This document shows, piece by piece, positions 49,020 through 61,954 of a DNA stretch of 64,000 nt. This stretch comes from Callorhinchus milii (Eukaryota). Under the pieces are notes generated by a model, which was not told the DNA's origin, searched no databases, and saw nothing but the letters and a program-made list of their open reading frames with translations. The stretch spans positions 27,902,001 through 27,966,000 of the forward strand of contig NW_024704742.1 of assembly GCF_018977255.1 (NCBI RefSeq). Reading direction: 5' to 3'. Positions within the stretch are counted from its first letter, which is position 1; the number at the start of each line of letters is the position of its first letter. The translations under genes and the position numbers were made by a program.

Positions 49020-49610
49020 AAGCAGCAAAAACTTAGCATTTATCGGCAATCGCAAAGTATACGGGGTACATGAAGTTTCATGTACATACATGTGCATGCT
49101 AACACTGTGGCATCTATGGAGCCTGCAGTTATTTGTTTGACATCTCTGTAAAAGCTTGGCAAATTGCTGTTGAGTTATCATTTCTGCCTGCTACACTTTA
49201 GCTTTTAAAGCAATTGATTTAATTATGATGAAGTTCACATTTATTTATATTGACCAAGCAGATGTCTCTGTGTCAGTCCGGAGGTGCTGCTCTGTTGCTG
49301 CGTGAATATAACGGGAGAATATCAATTTAGAGAGATTAATGCTTTGTGGACGAAGTGCTGCCGATTAACTTTCGTAAACGATAGTAAACATCGTTCTAAT
49401 CCACTGTCCATTCAGTCGGGGATTTTCTGTGAAGCTACATTTCATGGAATCTGTCTGCGCTGTGCTAGACCTGATTTGTGGGCAGTGGCTGTTCCCAGCA
49501 TAGGCCACTCTTGGGAGTCTGATGTTTCAGAGCTTTTTCTCCTATTTACAGGAATCCAGCTATTGTGTGATAAGATCAGCTCCAAATCCATTATTTCATC
49601 AAATACTTTA
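49020..49610. promoter_or_regulatory. Candidate conserved non-coding block
   Basis: Repeat-free, retains CpGs and has dense homeodomain-like motifs (GCAATTGATTTAATTATG). Conservation is untested. Confidence 0.3.
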
Positions 49611-50039
49611 ATAACAATATCAGTTGCATTTGTATAATGTCCTTCGTGTAGGGTAACCGCTCGGAGCACTCTACATGGACAGGGTCAGACTCCAAGTAAG
49701 AGACAAAGGAAAGAGGGTGGTGACCATAGATACGATTGAAGAGGTAGATTTTAAGGCGTGATTTTAAGACAGGTAGAGAGGGGGCAAGACAGATGGACAG
49801 AGAAGAGATGTCTTTAGGTTAGGGACATAGAATTAATTACAGTACAAAACAATTCATATTTATATGTCGGTATCTCTGATATGTTGTGTTAGCACTAACC
49901 AATTGCAGCCCCTATCGGGCTACTCTTAACCCTGGGAAAGAGGGGTCAGTAGTGGGGGGGGGATGAAGGTCTAACATTTGGCAATTTGAAATGGGATTTC
50001 CTTCGTCTGAATTCTCCATGGGAATTCCGCTCTGTAAGC

Positions 50040-50223
50040 AAATAATAATAATTTGGTCACTCAATCCACGACTGTTCATGGGACACTGCTGTGTGCAATT
50101 GGTTGCCACGTTTCACCCACAAATATACAGTCAATTCACTTTACAGTGTATTCTGTGAAGCCCTTTGAAGCATCTCAAAGACGTGAAAAGGCACTATATC
50201 AAATTCAAGGATTATTATTATTA
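50040..50223 (+). mobile_element. SINE 3' half
   Basis: AATTTGGTCACTCAATCCACGACTGTT...GGATTATTATTATTAT. Confidence 0.9.
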
Positions 50224-50659
50224 TATATCACCTTTCGCATCAGAAGACATCTCAAAGAGCTCAATACTGTTAGCTCGGAACCTGACACTGCTGGCAGGGC
50301 GCTCGGTTGACAGGATGTCAACATTTACTGCATGTCAAGACTCTACAGGATCGGACAGATGTTCAGAGAGTGCTCTGTAAGATTATTAATAGAGTTGTTA
50401 GAGTTTCAAACAGCAGCTGCACCTCACAGCTTAGTATCAGGCCAAAGTCTGTAAGGAATGTCAATGAAGAAGCTTTAAAGACAATTTCTAATGCCTGTGG
50501 AACTGCAAAAAAGTGGAAAGATCCCTGTTGCAGACATTTACATATGAGATTCCACCTTAAGTTCCTTGAATGTATGTTACACTCGGGAAGTCCCTGGCCT
50601 TGATTCTTGTGGCCTGAAATCCCCTCTGGTGCAGCAACCCTCAACTCCAGACCACTGCT

Positions 50660-51700
50660 GTTCAGAAAGACAGCTGTCCAGGATGAGCCTTAACTTTTTG
50701 CAACTTAACATGAACAAAATAGAACAAATGCTCATCTTCTATCTGCGCTGCCTCACCTTAGACGTTGACTGTAATGATCTTCCTGATTGCTCACTCCAAA
50801 CCTCACCTTTCCTTCAAATCTTTCATCCAGACTCTGACCAAATCTATTTTCCTCCTCTACACGCAATATGTTTGCTACTACCTCACCTCTTAATGGTCGA
50901 AATCCTTATCCAAGATTTTATCATTTCCAGCTTCATCATTTCCTGCTCTCCAGCTTCAACAGCCTAAACAATTACTTGCACTTACATAGCACCCTCCACG
51001 GAGGGTAGTGTCACAGAACGCTTAACAGTGGATTGAGTCTGACTCTGAGCCGGGAAGGAGATGACCGTAGGCATGGTCGAAAAGGAAGGTTTTCAATTGG
51101 AACTTGAAAAAGGGGAGCGAGGGGGCAAGGCGGAGGGATTGAAGGAGAGTGTTCCAGAACTTTGGGGCGTAGTGACTGAAATTGCGACCTCCAACGGTGG
51201 AGCGAAGAGTGCTAGGGACAAGTAGGAGGCCCCGAAAATTTGGAACTCCCTCCCTCAACCCCTTCGTCTTGTCCGTCCTTCCCCACCTTCAGGTCGTGCC
51301 CAAAGATCTTGCTTTTCAACCGCGCCTATATTCCCCCTCCCTCTAGCTTGGCCTTGGGCTCCGCCATTGTTAAACGCTCTGATATGCAGACCGGTGTGCA
51401 GGGCGCTATATAAGTGCAAGTTGTTGTTGAGGCTGGTGCCAGTTCAACGGAGGCGATGGGTGGTGGATTGAGGAGTGAGGAGGTCGGAGAGGTAGGGAGG
51501 TGCCAGGGAGTGAATGGATTTGAGTGAGGATCTTGAAGTCGATCCGTTCAGTGATGGGGAGCCAATGGAGCCAGGCCAGAACTGGTGAGATGGGGGTACG
51601 GAGTTTGGTCTGGTAAGTATGCGGGTAGCAGAGTTCTGAATGAGTTGAATTTTTTGAATATGGAGCTAGGGAGACCGGTGAGAAGTGTTTTTGAGTACAA
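50660..51700. mobile_element. Cluster of L2 fragments in alternating orientation
   Basis: Plus 50660-50950 (NFLQLNMNK); minus 50965-51235 (APKFWNTL...LKTFLFD); plus 51240-51430 ending (TTG)n; minus 51430-51700. Confidence 0.75.
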
Positions 51701-52186
51701 TTCTGTCAATCTTTTGCATCACTTTTTTCTCGGTGGCAAAACTGGTTGTAAAGTCATATTTCATTAATGATAACATTGCTCCCATAATATACATTGCTCC
51801 CAACTCCAAGAATAGATGGTGAGAATTTCATAATCCTTACATTTGATATAGCGCCTTATCATAGTGTCGATTTTGAAGTCAGAAGCAGGTATAAAAGAAT
51901 AGTTTAGATAAAGAATAGTTAAACTAAAGACAGCAAGAACATGAAGGAAATGGGATAAACATATTTCTTTAAACCTATCCATTTGTATTTATTCTTAAGG
52001 GCCAAAGTTACTTTGAGTTGCTTTGAAGCTACTTTCACAATTGAGCAGCTTTACAACAACACCGACAGCATAACAATAATCCTTGCATTTGATATAGCTC
52101 TTTATCATGTCATTGAGACTTCTCATAGCACTTCACAGAATATATTGTATACTGCAACAACAAAGAGTACTATGAGTTCACTATTA

Positions 52187-53890
52187 CAGCAACAAAATTA
52201 CATTTGCATAGCGCCTTTCACAGAGGGAGGATGTCCCAAGGAGCTGGACAGACAGCGTTACGGACCCAAGCAGGGGGTCGGGGTGGGGGAGGGTGTAGGG
52301 GAGTGGGGGGGAAGGAGGGAGATCAAAAGCACGGTCGAAGAGGAGGGTCTTGAGGTGGGTCTTAAAGGTGGTGAGGGAGGGGGAGAGATGGAGGGACTGC
52401 GGGATGGAGTTCCAGAGAGTGAGGCCAGAGTGGCTGAAGACCCACCCGCCAATAGTGCACCCCTTCTAAGGACATATTTGCCTTAGAGTGGGTGCAGCGT
52501 AGATTCACTAGGTTAGTTCCTGGGATGAGGGGACTGACCCATGAGGATAGGCTGAATAAACTAAGTCTGTATTCTCTAGAGTACAGAAGAATTAGGGGAG
52601 ATCTTATTGAAACATATAAGATTCTTAAAGGGCTGGATAAAGTTGACACTGAGGGTTTGTTTCCCCTGGTAGGAGAATCTGTAACCAGGGGTCACAGTCT
52701 TAAAATTAAGGGTCAGCCTTTTAGAACAGAGTTGAGGAAACATTTCTTCACTCAGAGGGTGGTGAATTTATGGAATTCACTACCCCAGAAGACTGTAGAT
52801 TCTCAGTCCTTGAACATTTTCAAGGCTGAGGCTGATAGATTTTTTAAAAAATAGAGGGATTAGGGGATATGGGGATAGGGCAGGTAATTAGAGTTAGGTC
52901 AGACGATCGGTCATGATCTTATCGAATGGCGGGGCAGACGCGAGGGGCCGAATGGCCTACTCCTGCTCCTAATTCTTATGTTCTTATGTTCTTATGAACA
53001 AGGCGGGGGAGGTGAAGCAGGCTGGAGCCCGCTAAGCGGAGGGAGCGAACAGGGTGGTACAGAGTTAGGAGGTCGGAGAGATGGGGGGGAGCAAGACCGT
53101 GGAGGGCTTTGAAGGTGAGGACCAGGATCTTGAACTGTATCCTTTGTATGATGGGAAGCTAGTGGAATTGGGCAAGGATGGGAGTGATAGGGTTGCGGAG
53201 CCCAGCGGGGGAGAAGGCACGGGCTGTAGACTCACTGCTTATCGGCCTCCCCAACTCCTCCCTCCACAGGATGATCTGCAGCCTGTGGAGGGAGGAGTTG
53301 GGGAGGCCGACAAGCAGTGAGTTCGCATAGTCGAGCCTCGAAGTAATGAAGGCATGTATGAGGGTTTTGGCGGTCTGCAGTGTGAGACAGTGTTGGAGCT
53401 AAGCGACGTTGCGGAGGTGGGGTAAGGCAGAGCAGGTCATGGCGCAAATGTGGGTAGAAAGGATAGTTCAGGGTCAAACAAGACCCCAAGGTTCCGGACT
53501 GGCTTAGTAATGTGGAATGTGCAACCATGGATGGTGATGCTGTCAGCACCTGAGGTGTTGAGGGGAGCCAATCAGGAGAGCCTCAGTCTTGTTGACGTTC
53601 AACTGAAGAAAGTTAGTTCTCATCCAGGACTTGATGTCTGACAGACATTCTGTCAGCGCAGCAGTGGTCCTGGAGTCGAGGGTGGAGACAGAGGGGTAGA
53701 GTTGGGTGTCATCTGCATATATGTGGAAGTTGACCCCATGTCTGCGGATGATGTCACCAAGAGGGAGCACATAGATATTGAAGAGGAGGGGACCAAGGAC
53801 AGAGCTCTGAGGAATGCCGCACGAGACGGTGCGGGGTCTAGAAGAGAAGCCGTTTGAGGAGATGAAGTGCAGGCGGTGCGAGTGGTATGA
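52187..53890 (-). mobile_element. L2 LINE (same family as 11051), split by a CR1 insertion
   Basis: HIYADDTQLY...WMRTNFLQLNVNKTEALLIG; the sequence either side of 52456-52996 is contiguous when compared with 11280-11340. Confidence 0.95.
52456..52996 (+). mobile_element. Young 5'-truncated CR1 LINE (ORF2 C-terminus plus 3' UTR)
   Basis: Intact frame QRRFTRLVPGMRGL...RGDLIETYKIL...FFTQRVVNLWNSLP; tail GAATGGCCTACTCCTGCTCCTAA(TTCTTATG)3. Confidence 0.95.
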
Positions 53891-54593
53891 TACAAAACGG
53901 TTGCTTCATTTTCTGTTACATTAATATTTTGTGTATCGTCACAGCGCCTGAGCTGCCAATATACAAGATCGGTCCAGAGACTGGAGTCTCAATGGAGCTG
54001 TCAGCAGTTAAGGGTTAAAGAGTTGTTTTTTTTTGACTAGTTGGTTTCAAGCACATCCAGATACCTGGGGCCATGGGTGAGCTTCAAGCAGCACGGTGTA
54101 TTTTATTCTGTATTACCATACATCAATTGGGAAAAGTTACTGGGGTGCACATTGGCAATACACCTGCTGTTACAAATAGAATACATGATGCGAATTTGAT
54201 CTGTCATTAAAGCAAAATTGCTTGTGACGTCAAGAGAACATTATTCAATAGTTTTATAAAAACATTCATTGGTTGTGGTGATCCATGTTTAAAATAGGAC
54301 GTTGTGAGCTCCTCTCTGGTGAAGCACTGCAGTCGTGAGATGCCCCAATTAGTTGCTTGGCTGAAAACATGGCCTATGTAAAATGAACCATTGCTGTGCC
54401 TGCATAGCAAATAGAAGTGCAATGTGGATCAGCTGCCAAGAGTTAAAACAAAAAGTCACATAAATATTGACTGGGGGTGAGGCCTTTACTTGTTAACCAT
54501 TGGAACAACGCATACACAAGCACGTATGCTGTAACAATTGTAATAAGTCTTTCATTTGATATACATCAGAAGGATGTCTCAAAGCACATCAAA

Positions 54594-55112
54594 CAACAAC
54601 ATCAACAAAATTACATTTATAGAGCGCCTTTCACGTCAGAAGGACGTCCCAAAGCGCTGGACAGTCAGAGGTCAGGACCCGAGCATGGGGGTGGGGTAGG
54701 GGTAAGTGTGGGGGCAGAGAGGCTGAAAGCCTAGCCACCGATGGTAGGGTGGGTTGAACGGTGACATGGAGCAGGCTGGAGCCCGCTGAACGGAGGGAGC
54801 GGGCAGGTTGGTAGGGAGTCAGCAGGTCGGAGAGGTAGGAGGGGGCAAGGCCATGGATGGCCTTGAAAATGAGGACGAGGATCTTAAACTTGATCCTCTA
54901 GGGGATGGGGAGCCAGTGGAGTCGGGCGAGGGTGGGAGTGATGGGGTCACAGAGCCTGGTGCGTGAGAGTACACGAGCTGCAGAGTTTTGGATGATCTGC
55001 AGCTTGTGAAGGGAAGAGTTGAGAAGGCCGATGAGGGGGGAGTTTCCGTAATCGAGCCTTGGTATGAGGAATGCGTAGGTAAGGGTTTCGGCAGCCTGAG
55101 GTGGTGAGGCAT
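54594..55112 (-). mobile_element. L2 LINE 3' region
   Basis: RLDYGNSPLIGL...LQIIQNSAARVL...LHWLP plus a (CAA)n tail. Confidence 0.92.
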
Positions 55113-56100
55113 TTACAGTGAAGTGTGTTGTTTGTATGCAAACATGGATAATGGCGTGGAGCCCATTATCCACACCAAATGTCAGCAACCGTGTTTTGGT
55201 TGAACAAATATGTTGATTCATTCAGATTACTAACATGATCTATTCTGTGCAGGTAAATGAGTCCAGCAACCATGCTCTCCAGTGGATTTTTGGGGACTTG
55301 TACAAAAAAGGTGCCTGAGTCCACTTCTACTTCAGAGCTTGATGTGAATAAATGGACAGACATCTTGTTGGCTGCTGGATTTGCACACTTGGGCCTGAAG
55401 GATTTCAAGTGATTATACGATTTTTGTACTGCTGATGATTGATGAGCCACTTGGAATCCACATTCCATCAAGGGATTATTCCCATTTTATTCCTGATAAC
55501 CCTGCATGTCAACATTTTAATAAGTACAGTGGTCTTAGATGAACAAGAAGGAATTTTTCTAGTACCTGATGCTGGCATGTCTTACGGTTTTAGTTGCTTG
55601 TGAAGGCAACCCAGTCAAACCCCAATGCATAAATTGAAGATTACTTAAGCCTTGGTTTCTGCCAGCCTACACCTGCATTCTATAGACGTGTTTGTGTGAC
55701 CTGGGAGCAAATGTGCACTCAGAAATAACAAATGGCTATTTTAAGTTTTCAATTGCTGGAACTAGAATTTCCTAAGCCTGGTAAAGGACTCTGCATTCAT
55801 CTGATAGATTATGTATATATATACACCGTATATATATTGCATATATGTTGAATAACCAACTAGTGATTATCCTATCATCCTTATTGGGGAGGTAAGTGGG
55901 ATCTCCTGTGAGCTGAACTGGCTCAAAGATGACATGATTGGCAATGGGATACAACAACAATACAACGTGCACTTAAATAGCGCCCTCCACGCAGTGTATT
56001 GTTTCAGAGTGCTTAGTCAGAATGTCAGAATCAAGCAGCCCTCTATGGCGGTCTCGGTAGATCGGTTCCTGAACAGCAGGAAAACTTGCTGGACAGCTAT

Positions 56101-56378
56101 ATCAATGGCAAACTATCTAATTTCAGCTGGTCAGAGCAGTACACCACCACGCACTCTGAGGTCCCAAAGCCTTGGCTCTTGCCAACCTGAACCTAATATG
56201 TTCTGGAATTAGGTAAGCAGGATGTATCCCTCCAGGGAGAGAGTGCGCATTCCATTCCAACAATCTATCTCTGGGATTTCCATGTGTAGGTGGGATGCAT
56301 GGAATTCCCAGCTTAGTTTGAATACTCTTAAGCATGGTGATGGGTTTCCACATGTGTCAGACACTTGGCTGACCAAAA
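56101..56378 (+). repeat. Unclassified ~270-bp interspersed repeat, copy 3
   Basis: Colinear with 1027-1297; ends GTGTCAGACACTTGGCTGACCAAAA. Confidence 0.85.
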
Positions 56379-58194
56379 CATAATGTATCTGGCTCCCAGC
56401 TATCCAAACATAAATCGTGTTTTCAGTGCACGATAAATTTGGACCTATTATCCTTATGACACTGTATCTGGGAACCATTGTCGGGGAGAATATTAGAATG
56501 TGTTCTGTATTAACGAGGCAGCCATGAGCCATGTGTTTGATGTCAGAGGTTGTAGTGTAGAGCGTTACAACATAGAGCTTGTTGTGTATAACATATACTT
56601 TAGGGCTGGATAATTTATCAGCCTAAAATCCACTAAAGTATATTGGCCAACATAGCTCATGAAGGGCAAATGTGGACTATAAACTGAGTTTACAGGATGA
56701 TTTATTTTTCACAAATCACTGTGCCCATCTTATCTTTTTATATTGAAAGCAACCACGGAACAGGATTCAGTTGTTAATTTTGAGCAATGTATTAAGAGTT
56801 GGAAATGGCAGTAAACAAGCTATATTAAACTATGTGGCAGAAGTCCTGTAATACAGCCAACTAATAGTTTGGAGCTTCAGGATAGAGTGGGTAGGAGATT
56901 GAGACTTTGATGACAGGTCAAAGAGCAAGAAATGCATTCTGTGGCAACTGTGGGCAGACAGGACAGAAATAAATGGAGATCACAGGCCAGGAACTAGAGT
57001 AAAATATAAGAGACTGTCGAGTCGGATGAAGAATTGAGAAATGGAGAGGAGATCAAGCCTAAGAGAGGTAATCTTTTTCCTGTTGTTATTTTGATAAGGA
57101 AGGTCCATTTAAACAAAGAAGATGTAAAATCTGGCATCTTCGATTTCAGTGCTGAATGGATTCAATCAGGAGTTCCCAACATCCACTGTTTAATAGACAC
57201 GAGTTCTACCCTTTAGTGGTGCTAAGACATTCTCTAACAATTCCTGTTTTTAAAACAAAATACCTCATGGTTTATAATCCGTCTGTTTACCCGGTTGGTC
57301 CAGGGCATGCGACCCTCGTTAGGCCAGTTTCTGGGGGTTGAACTATTTGTTTATTAGACATTACATGTGGAAATCCAAAAGAAGTAGCATAACATCTAGC
57401 AAAGATAGATTCAAGTTCCAGTAGTCTTACAATTAAGGCTGTGAATGGGATTTTAATTGTATGAAAGTCAGTGGACGGGAGACTTGCTCTAATTATTTGA
57501 CTTGAACTGCATTGATTTACTTTTCATTTTGCCTCAGAGAAATCGCAGTGTATATTTGTGAATGCCTGTATGTCTATAAGTGTGTACGCCTGTATGTTCA
57601 CCTACAAAATACACAATCACCAGATTTTATAGTACATAATGCAATTTACATCTATATAGCACCTTTTACAACAGGAGGATATCTCAAGGTGTTTATAGCT
57701 AAGTCTGTGAAACACTACGTGAAAGGTGCTCTATCAAATGTAAGGATGATTTTTATGTATGCACACTGTTATGTGTGCCTGCTTGTTTGTGTGTCTTGCC
57801 GTATGTGTGCATGAATATGAACAAAGGAAAGAAGTCTTTGATGTATTTCATATAGAATAACATTTATCTTGCGCTGCAAAACTGTAAACTAATTGTTTCC
57901 AAATGCCTTTTACCATGAGGCTGTTATCAGAATGGTTAGTTTCGTGACACATTCCAAATTGTATGGTGCTTCACATCCATTGGAGAGCCTGTTACTCTGA
58001 TATTTTATTTGTATTCATTTATGTTCATTTTTTTCTGGAATCCAGCTACTGAGTAAATATAAAGCACTCTGAGAGTTGGTGCAGCAGGTGTAGCCATTGT
58101 GATGGAGTTGGAGGAACACTCATTGGACTGGCTGCTCTATTTAGAAATCAACAAGGCAAAACTGCCAATGATATGACAGCTATCATATCATTGA

Positions 58195-58330
58195 CAATTA
58201 GCTGTGCGCAATTGGCCGCCATTTTTCACCCTCAAAATACACAGTCAATCCACTTTACAATATATTCTATGCAGCGCTTGAGACATCTCAATCACGTGAT
58301 AAGACGCTATATCAAGTGCAAGGATTATTG
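58195..58330 (+). mobile_element. SINE 3' half
   Basis: GCTGTGCGCAATTGGCCGCC...GCAAGGATTATT. Confidence 0.85.
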
Positions 58331-58509
58331 TCATCACCATTGTTAATGAACAGATCATCGATCATAATTTTCATGCCAATATATTCCATGTATGTGCACA
58401 TACCCACATTGTCCAGTGTATCAACAACATAAAGCTTCCAAGAGTAATAGAGGCCACCATTGTATGCTAGAGTTTTGAAGTGGTCCTGGGGTATGGGGGC
58501 CGATGGAGG

Positions 58510-58645
58510 ATGCCATTGGAGCAATCTGCTGGAACACTGGCGTGATCTGCTGGAGCAATTTGCTGGGGCATTGGAGTTGGTTGCTAGGGCTGTGGAGTGG
58601 AGCAGTTTTTTTTTTGATGGTGGATAGATCTGCTGGGAAAGTGGT
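58510..58645. repeat. Degenerate short tandem repeat
   Basis: Recurrent CATTGGAG / ATCTGCTGG units of about 20 bp. Confidence 0.55.
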
Positions 58646-59810
58646 GTAGTCTACTGTGATGATCCATAAAGTGGTGATTTGTTTTATCTTGTCTGATGGG
58701 GATGTGGAGAGGGAGGAGTCCAGTTACTCAGTGTTTGATCTGAGCTGGATTGCAACTGTTTACGTTTTTCATGGGATCATTGAGCCAACATATCAAGGGC
58801 AAATTTACATTCGAGACAAAGTCAATCCTCAGATTTATATATCACCTCTCTGCAACAATGAGACTCATCCCCAGCACTGCATTGGAGTGTCATCTTCGAC
58901 TGTATGAGGGCAATTTTAAAATACGGTTTAACACCACACTTTAAATAAAATGTGAATGAATAAGAATAAGAAAATAAGAATGTGTTTAGGAGTTCCACAA
59001 AATTGATCACTTTTATATACCTTGTATTTTTGCAGATGAAAAGTGAAGATATTATTGGAAAACGTTATGAAAGTATGAAGTTTGTATTTAGTATTAAGCT
59101 TAACCATCCCATAGTGAGAACCCACTAGTGTTTCCAATTCTATTATTTTCACTTCCCATTGGCGAGTGTCTAAAAGTCTTTTCTTTTGCATCAGGGCAAC
59201 TTTTGTATTTGTTCTCTCTTTTCATCTGGGCATGTATTTTACTTGTGTTGGGGCATTTTTCTGCTGTGTGCTGTTATCCTTTTCTTTACAATCAAACAAT
59301 CAAAATTAGTTATGGTAAGGAAAATCTGAACCTGCAGCATTGTAAGAGCATCTAGTTTGCATCATTGTGAGGGGTGGGGGGTGAGAAGAGAAGTGTGATA
59401 TTGTTCAAATATTAATCATTTCTTAGATCAATTGGGCTGTCATCAAAGGCACCTCCACACTGCACAGGGAATTTTTTATATATATTTCTGCAGGTAACAA
59501 GACAATCAAAGACTAGTGGCCCACAGTTTATAAATAATCAGTCAGAAAAAGGGAAGTCGAGGCTCCTTTCACCCATCAGTTATTGTTTCAGTTGATTCCA
59601 CCATATTACAGTATTGTTTTGCATGAACGATCTGACGGAAACATACCACTTCATATAATCTATACAAATAGGCGGAGGAAAAGCAGGAAATTAGTGAGCT
59701 TTGTGTCTGTGAAACTGTCTGTGCAACTGTGACCTCTTTGTGTAGGTACTTGTCTCTCTTTCTGTGGTGGGGATAAATCAGGTATAACTGTTTGTAAAAT
59801 ATCACATCAT

Positions 59811-60047
59811 GGGATGCACATTCCACTTGCATCTAGATTTATTCTGTTTATTTTTAGCATTTCAGAACATACAGAATTTGGTAGATTGTTAGTTCAGTCT
59901 TACATTTGATGACCTTTCTCTGTAACTCTTAAAAGCATTTACAGAAAAATAGTTACAAAATTAAGGCTGTATTGAGGAAATTGACAGCTTCTGCATGCTC
60001 TGAAAGGTTACATAGAGTAAATTTGAACCCAGGTGAAATTTATGCCC
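59811..60047. mobile_element. Palindromic MITE-like element, complete
   Basis: GGG...TCTAGATTTATTCTG...CAGAATTTGG and ...AGAGTAAATTTGAACCCAGGTGAAATT...CCC. Confidence 0.7.
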
Positions 60048-60052
60048 TTGTA

Positions 60053-60490
60053 TGTCAGCTTGGCTCAGTTGGTGGAACTCTCCCCTCTGAGTCAGAAGAT
60101 TGTGTTCAAGTCCCATGTTGAGACGTGGAATTCATATAGTCTAAGTTGGTGCTGGGGGTGTGCTGCATTTTTGGAGATTCCGTTCTTTAGATAAGGCATC
60201 AAGCTGAGGCTCCATCTACCTGTTCAGGTAAACATTAATTATCTCATGGCATTATTTGAAAAGAGAAGGGAGTTTCTCTGGTGCCAGGCCAAGGATCCCC
60301 TAAATTAAAAAAATGGTCATTCACTTCATGGCTGTTTGTTATTTTTATTATTATTATTATTAAAAATATTGCTATTTTCAAGTTGGCTGCCATGTCCGTC
60401 CACAGAAAACACAGTCACTGCACTTTACAGTAGCTCTTCGGGATGCCCTCCCAAAAGACACTATTCCAAATGTAAGGATTATTATTATTA
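60053..60490 (+). mobile_element. Deu-domain SINE, full length
   Basis: TGTCAGCTTGGCTCAGTTGGT head, Deu core and GGATTATTATTAT tail. Confidence 0.85.
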
Positions 60491-61954
60491 TGTGCTGAAC
60501 AACTGAAAGGAAATGTTTGGAATCCCTACTACTAATTCTGCAGGGTTTGTTACACTCCCCTCCACATTATTTCAGACTCAGACTGAATGTATTCAGTAAT
60601 TAGAGCCCCTACACATTTTCCTTTAGAAATGTGTGATTTTTTAAGTATATCTTAGATGACAGGTCTAGGTATTAAATTGAGTAAAACTCGACATTTCCAT
60701 ACTGGCACTAAGCTGTTGGCTGATGAACTGCAGGAGGTTGATTAATGGCCAGGTCCCACATTGTTCCAGTACGACTCTGTCTTGCTGAGCTTAAATCATG
60801 GATCTAAAAAGGAGAACAAAACCAGAGAGAAAGTAATACAAAAATGAAATGGAAAGAAATAACATTAGGTTTTTCACACCGATGACATTTAAAAAAGCAA
60901 GAGTAGCAGGAGTATGAAAGACAAATCCCTTTACTAGCCGGCAAAAATCCATCTTGCTTTGTGCACATACTACACATTTAATAACCAAACCTTTTTAGAG
61001 AAAAAATATAGAAATGATAGTGACCTCTTTATCTTTTTCTCTCCTCAACAAGAGTGTGGGGAAGCTGTATATTCCCAGTAGCATTTAGAAACCCAAGGAT
61101 GCAATTTAACTTACATTGGGTTAAAGTTCACCTCCACAAATACACAGTTACAACACTTTACAGTAAATCCTGAGAAATGGCTTGAGACATCTCAGGAACG
61201 TGATAAGGCGAAATTATTATTATAAGTTTGCAGCCTTCCTTAACTACTGTTGGCATTAACAATTATCCATCACATGGCAGGACAGCCCCGTCGGGTTAGC
61301 GGTTTCTTACTTTTCATATCCCACAGGAGGCTTCCATCAGCAAAAAGTAGAGAAGATGGTGGAACTGTGTTTTAATACTAATCCTTACATTGGATATAGC
61401 CAATTCACATCAGAAGGATGTCTCAAAATGCGACACAGGATAGACTCTAAAGTGTTGTGTCTGCATATTTTGTAGGTAAACAGCAGCCAATTTGCGTACA
61501 GATTGGTGATTATTTTCCTAAAAATCCTGCCTCCCAGACCTAATTTAGATGAGTGATCTGTACCAGTCTACTCTTGGTTCAAACTTTCCCCTGCTCTTCA
61601 CTTGGCACACATCCTATTGGAGTCTGTACGATGTGCCTCAACTCCCTGCTGTGTAGTTCACGTTCACCTTTCCCTTCAGCCATGTCTGTCACATTTGTAT
61701 CTTCATTCTAACTCTGATGGAGAGAATTCTGCTGTCATTCCGAGCGCCTGTGAAATAATTATGCCACTTCAATGGGACTGAGAAGTTTGGGATGCACACA
61801 TTGTCACAATGCTCTTCCTCCTGCTATGAGCAGGAATGGAAGCAGTAATTGGCTTGTGTAGCAGGAGTCGTGGAGTGGGCGGGAGAGAGTTTGTGGCTCA
61901 CTGAAGCTGATCCTGGAAAGAAGCAGGAAGTTCAAAGACAAAAATGTTAATAAA

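Noticed and set aside
51983..52486. 167-aa ORF
   Set aside because: It crosses a SINE tail and an antisense L2 3' UTR, so it is a chance read-through.
52492..52854. 120-aa ORF as a host gene
   Set aside because: It is the C-terminus of CR1 ORF2 in a 5'-truncated insertion with a CR1 tail.
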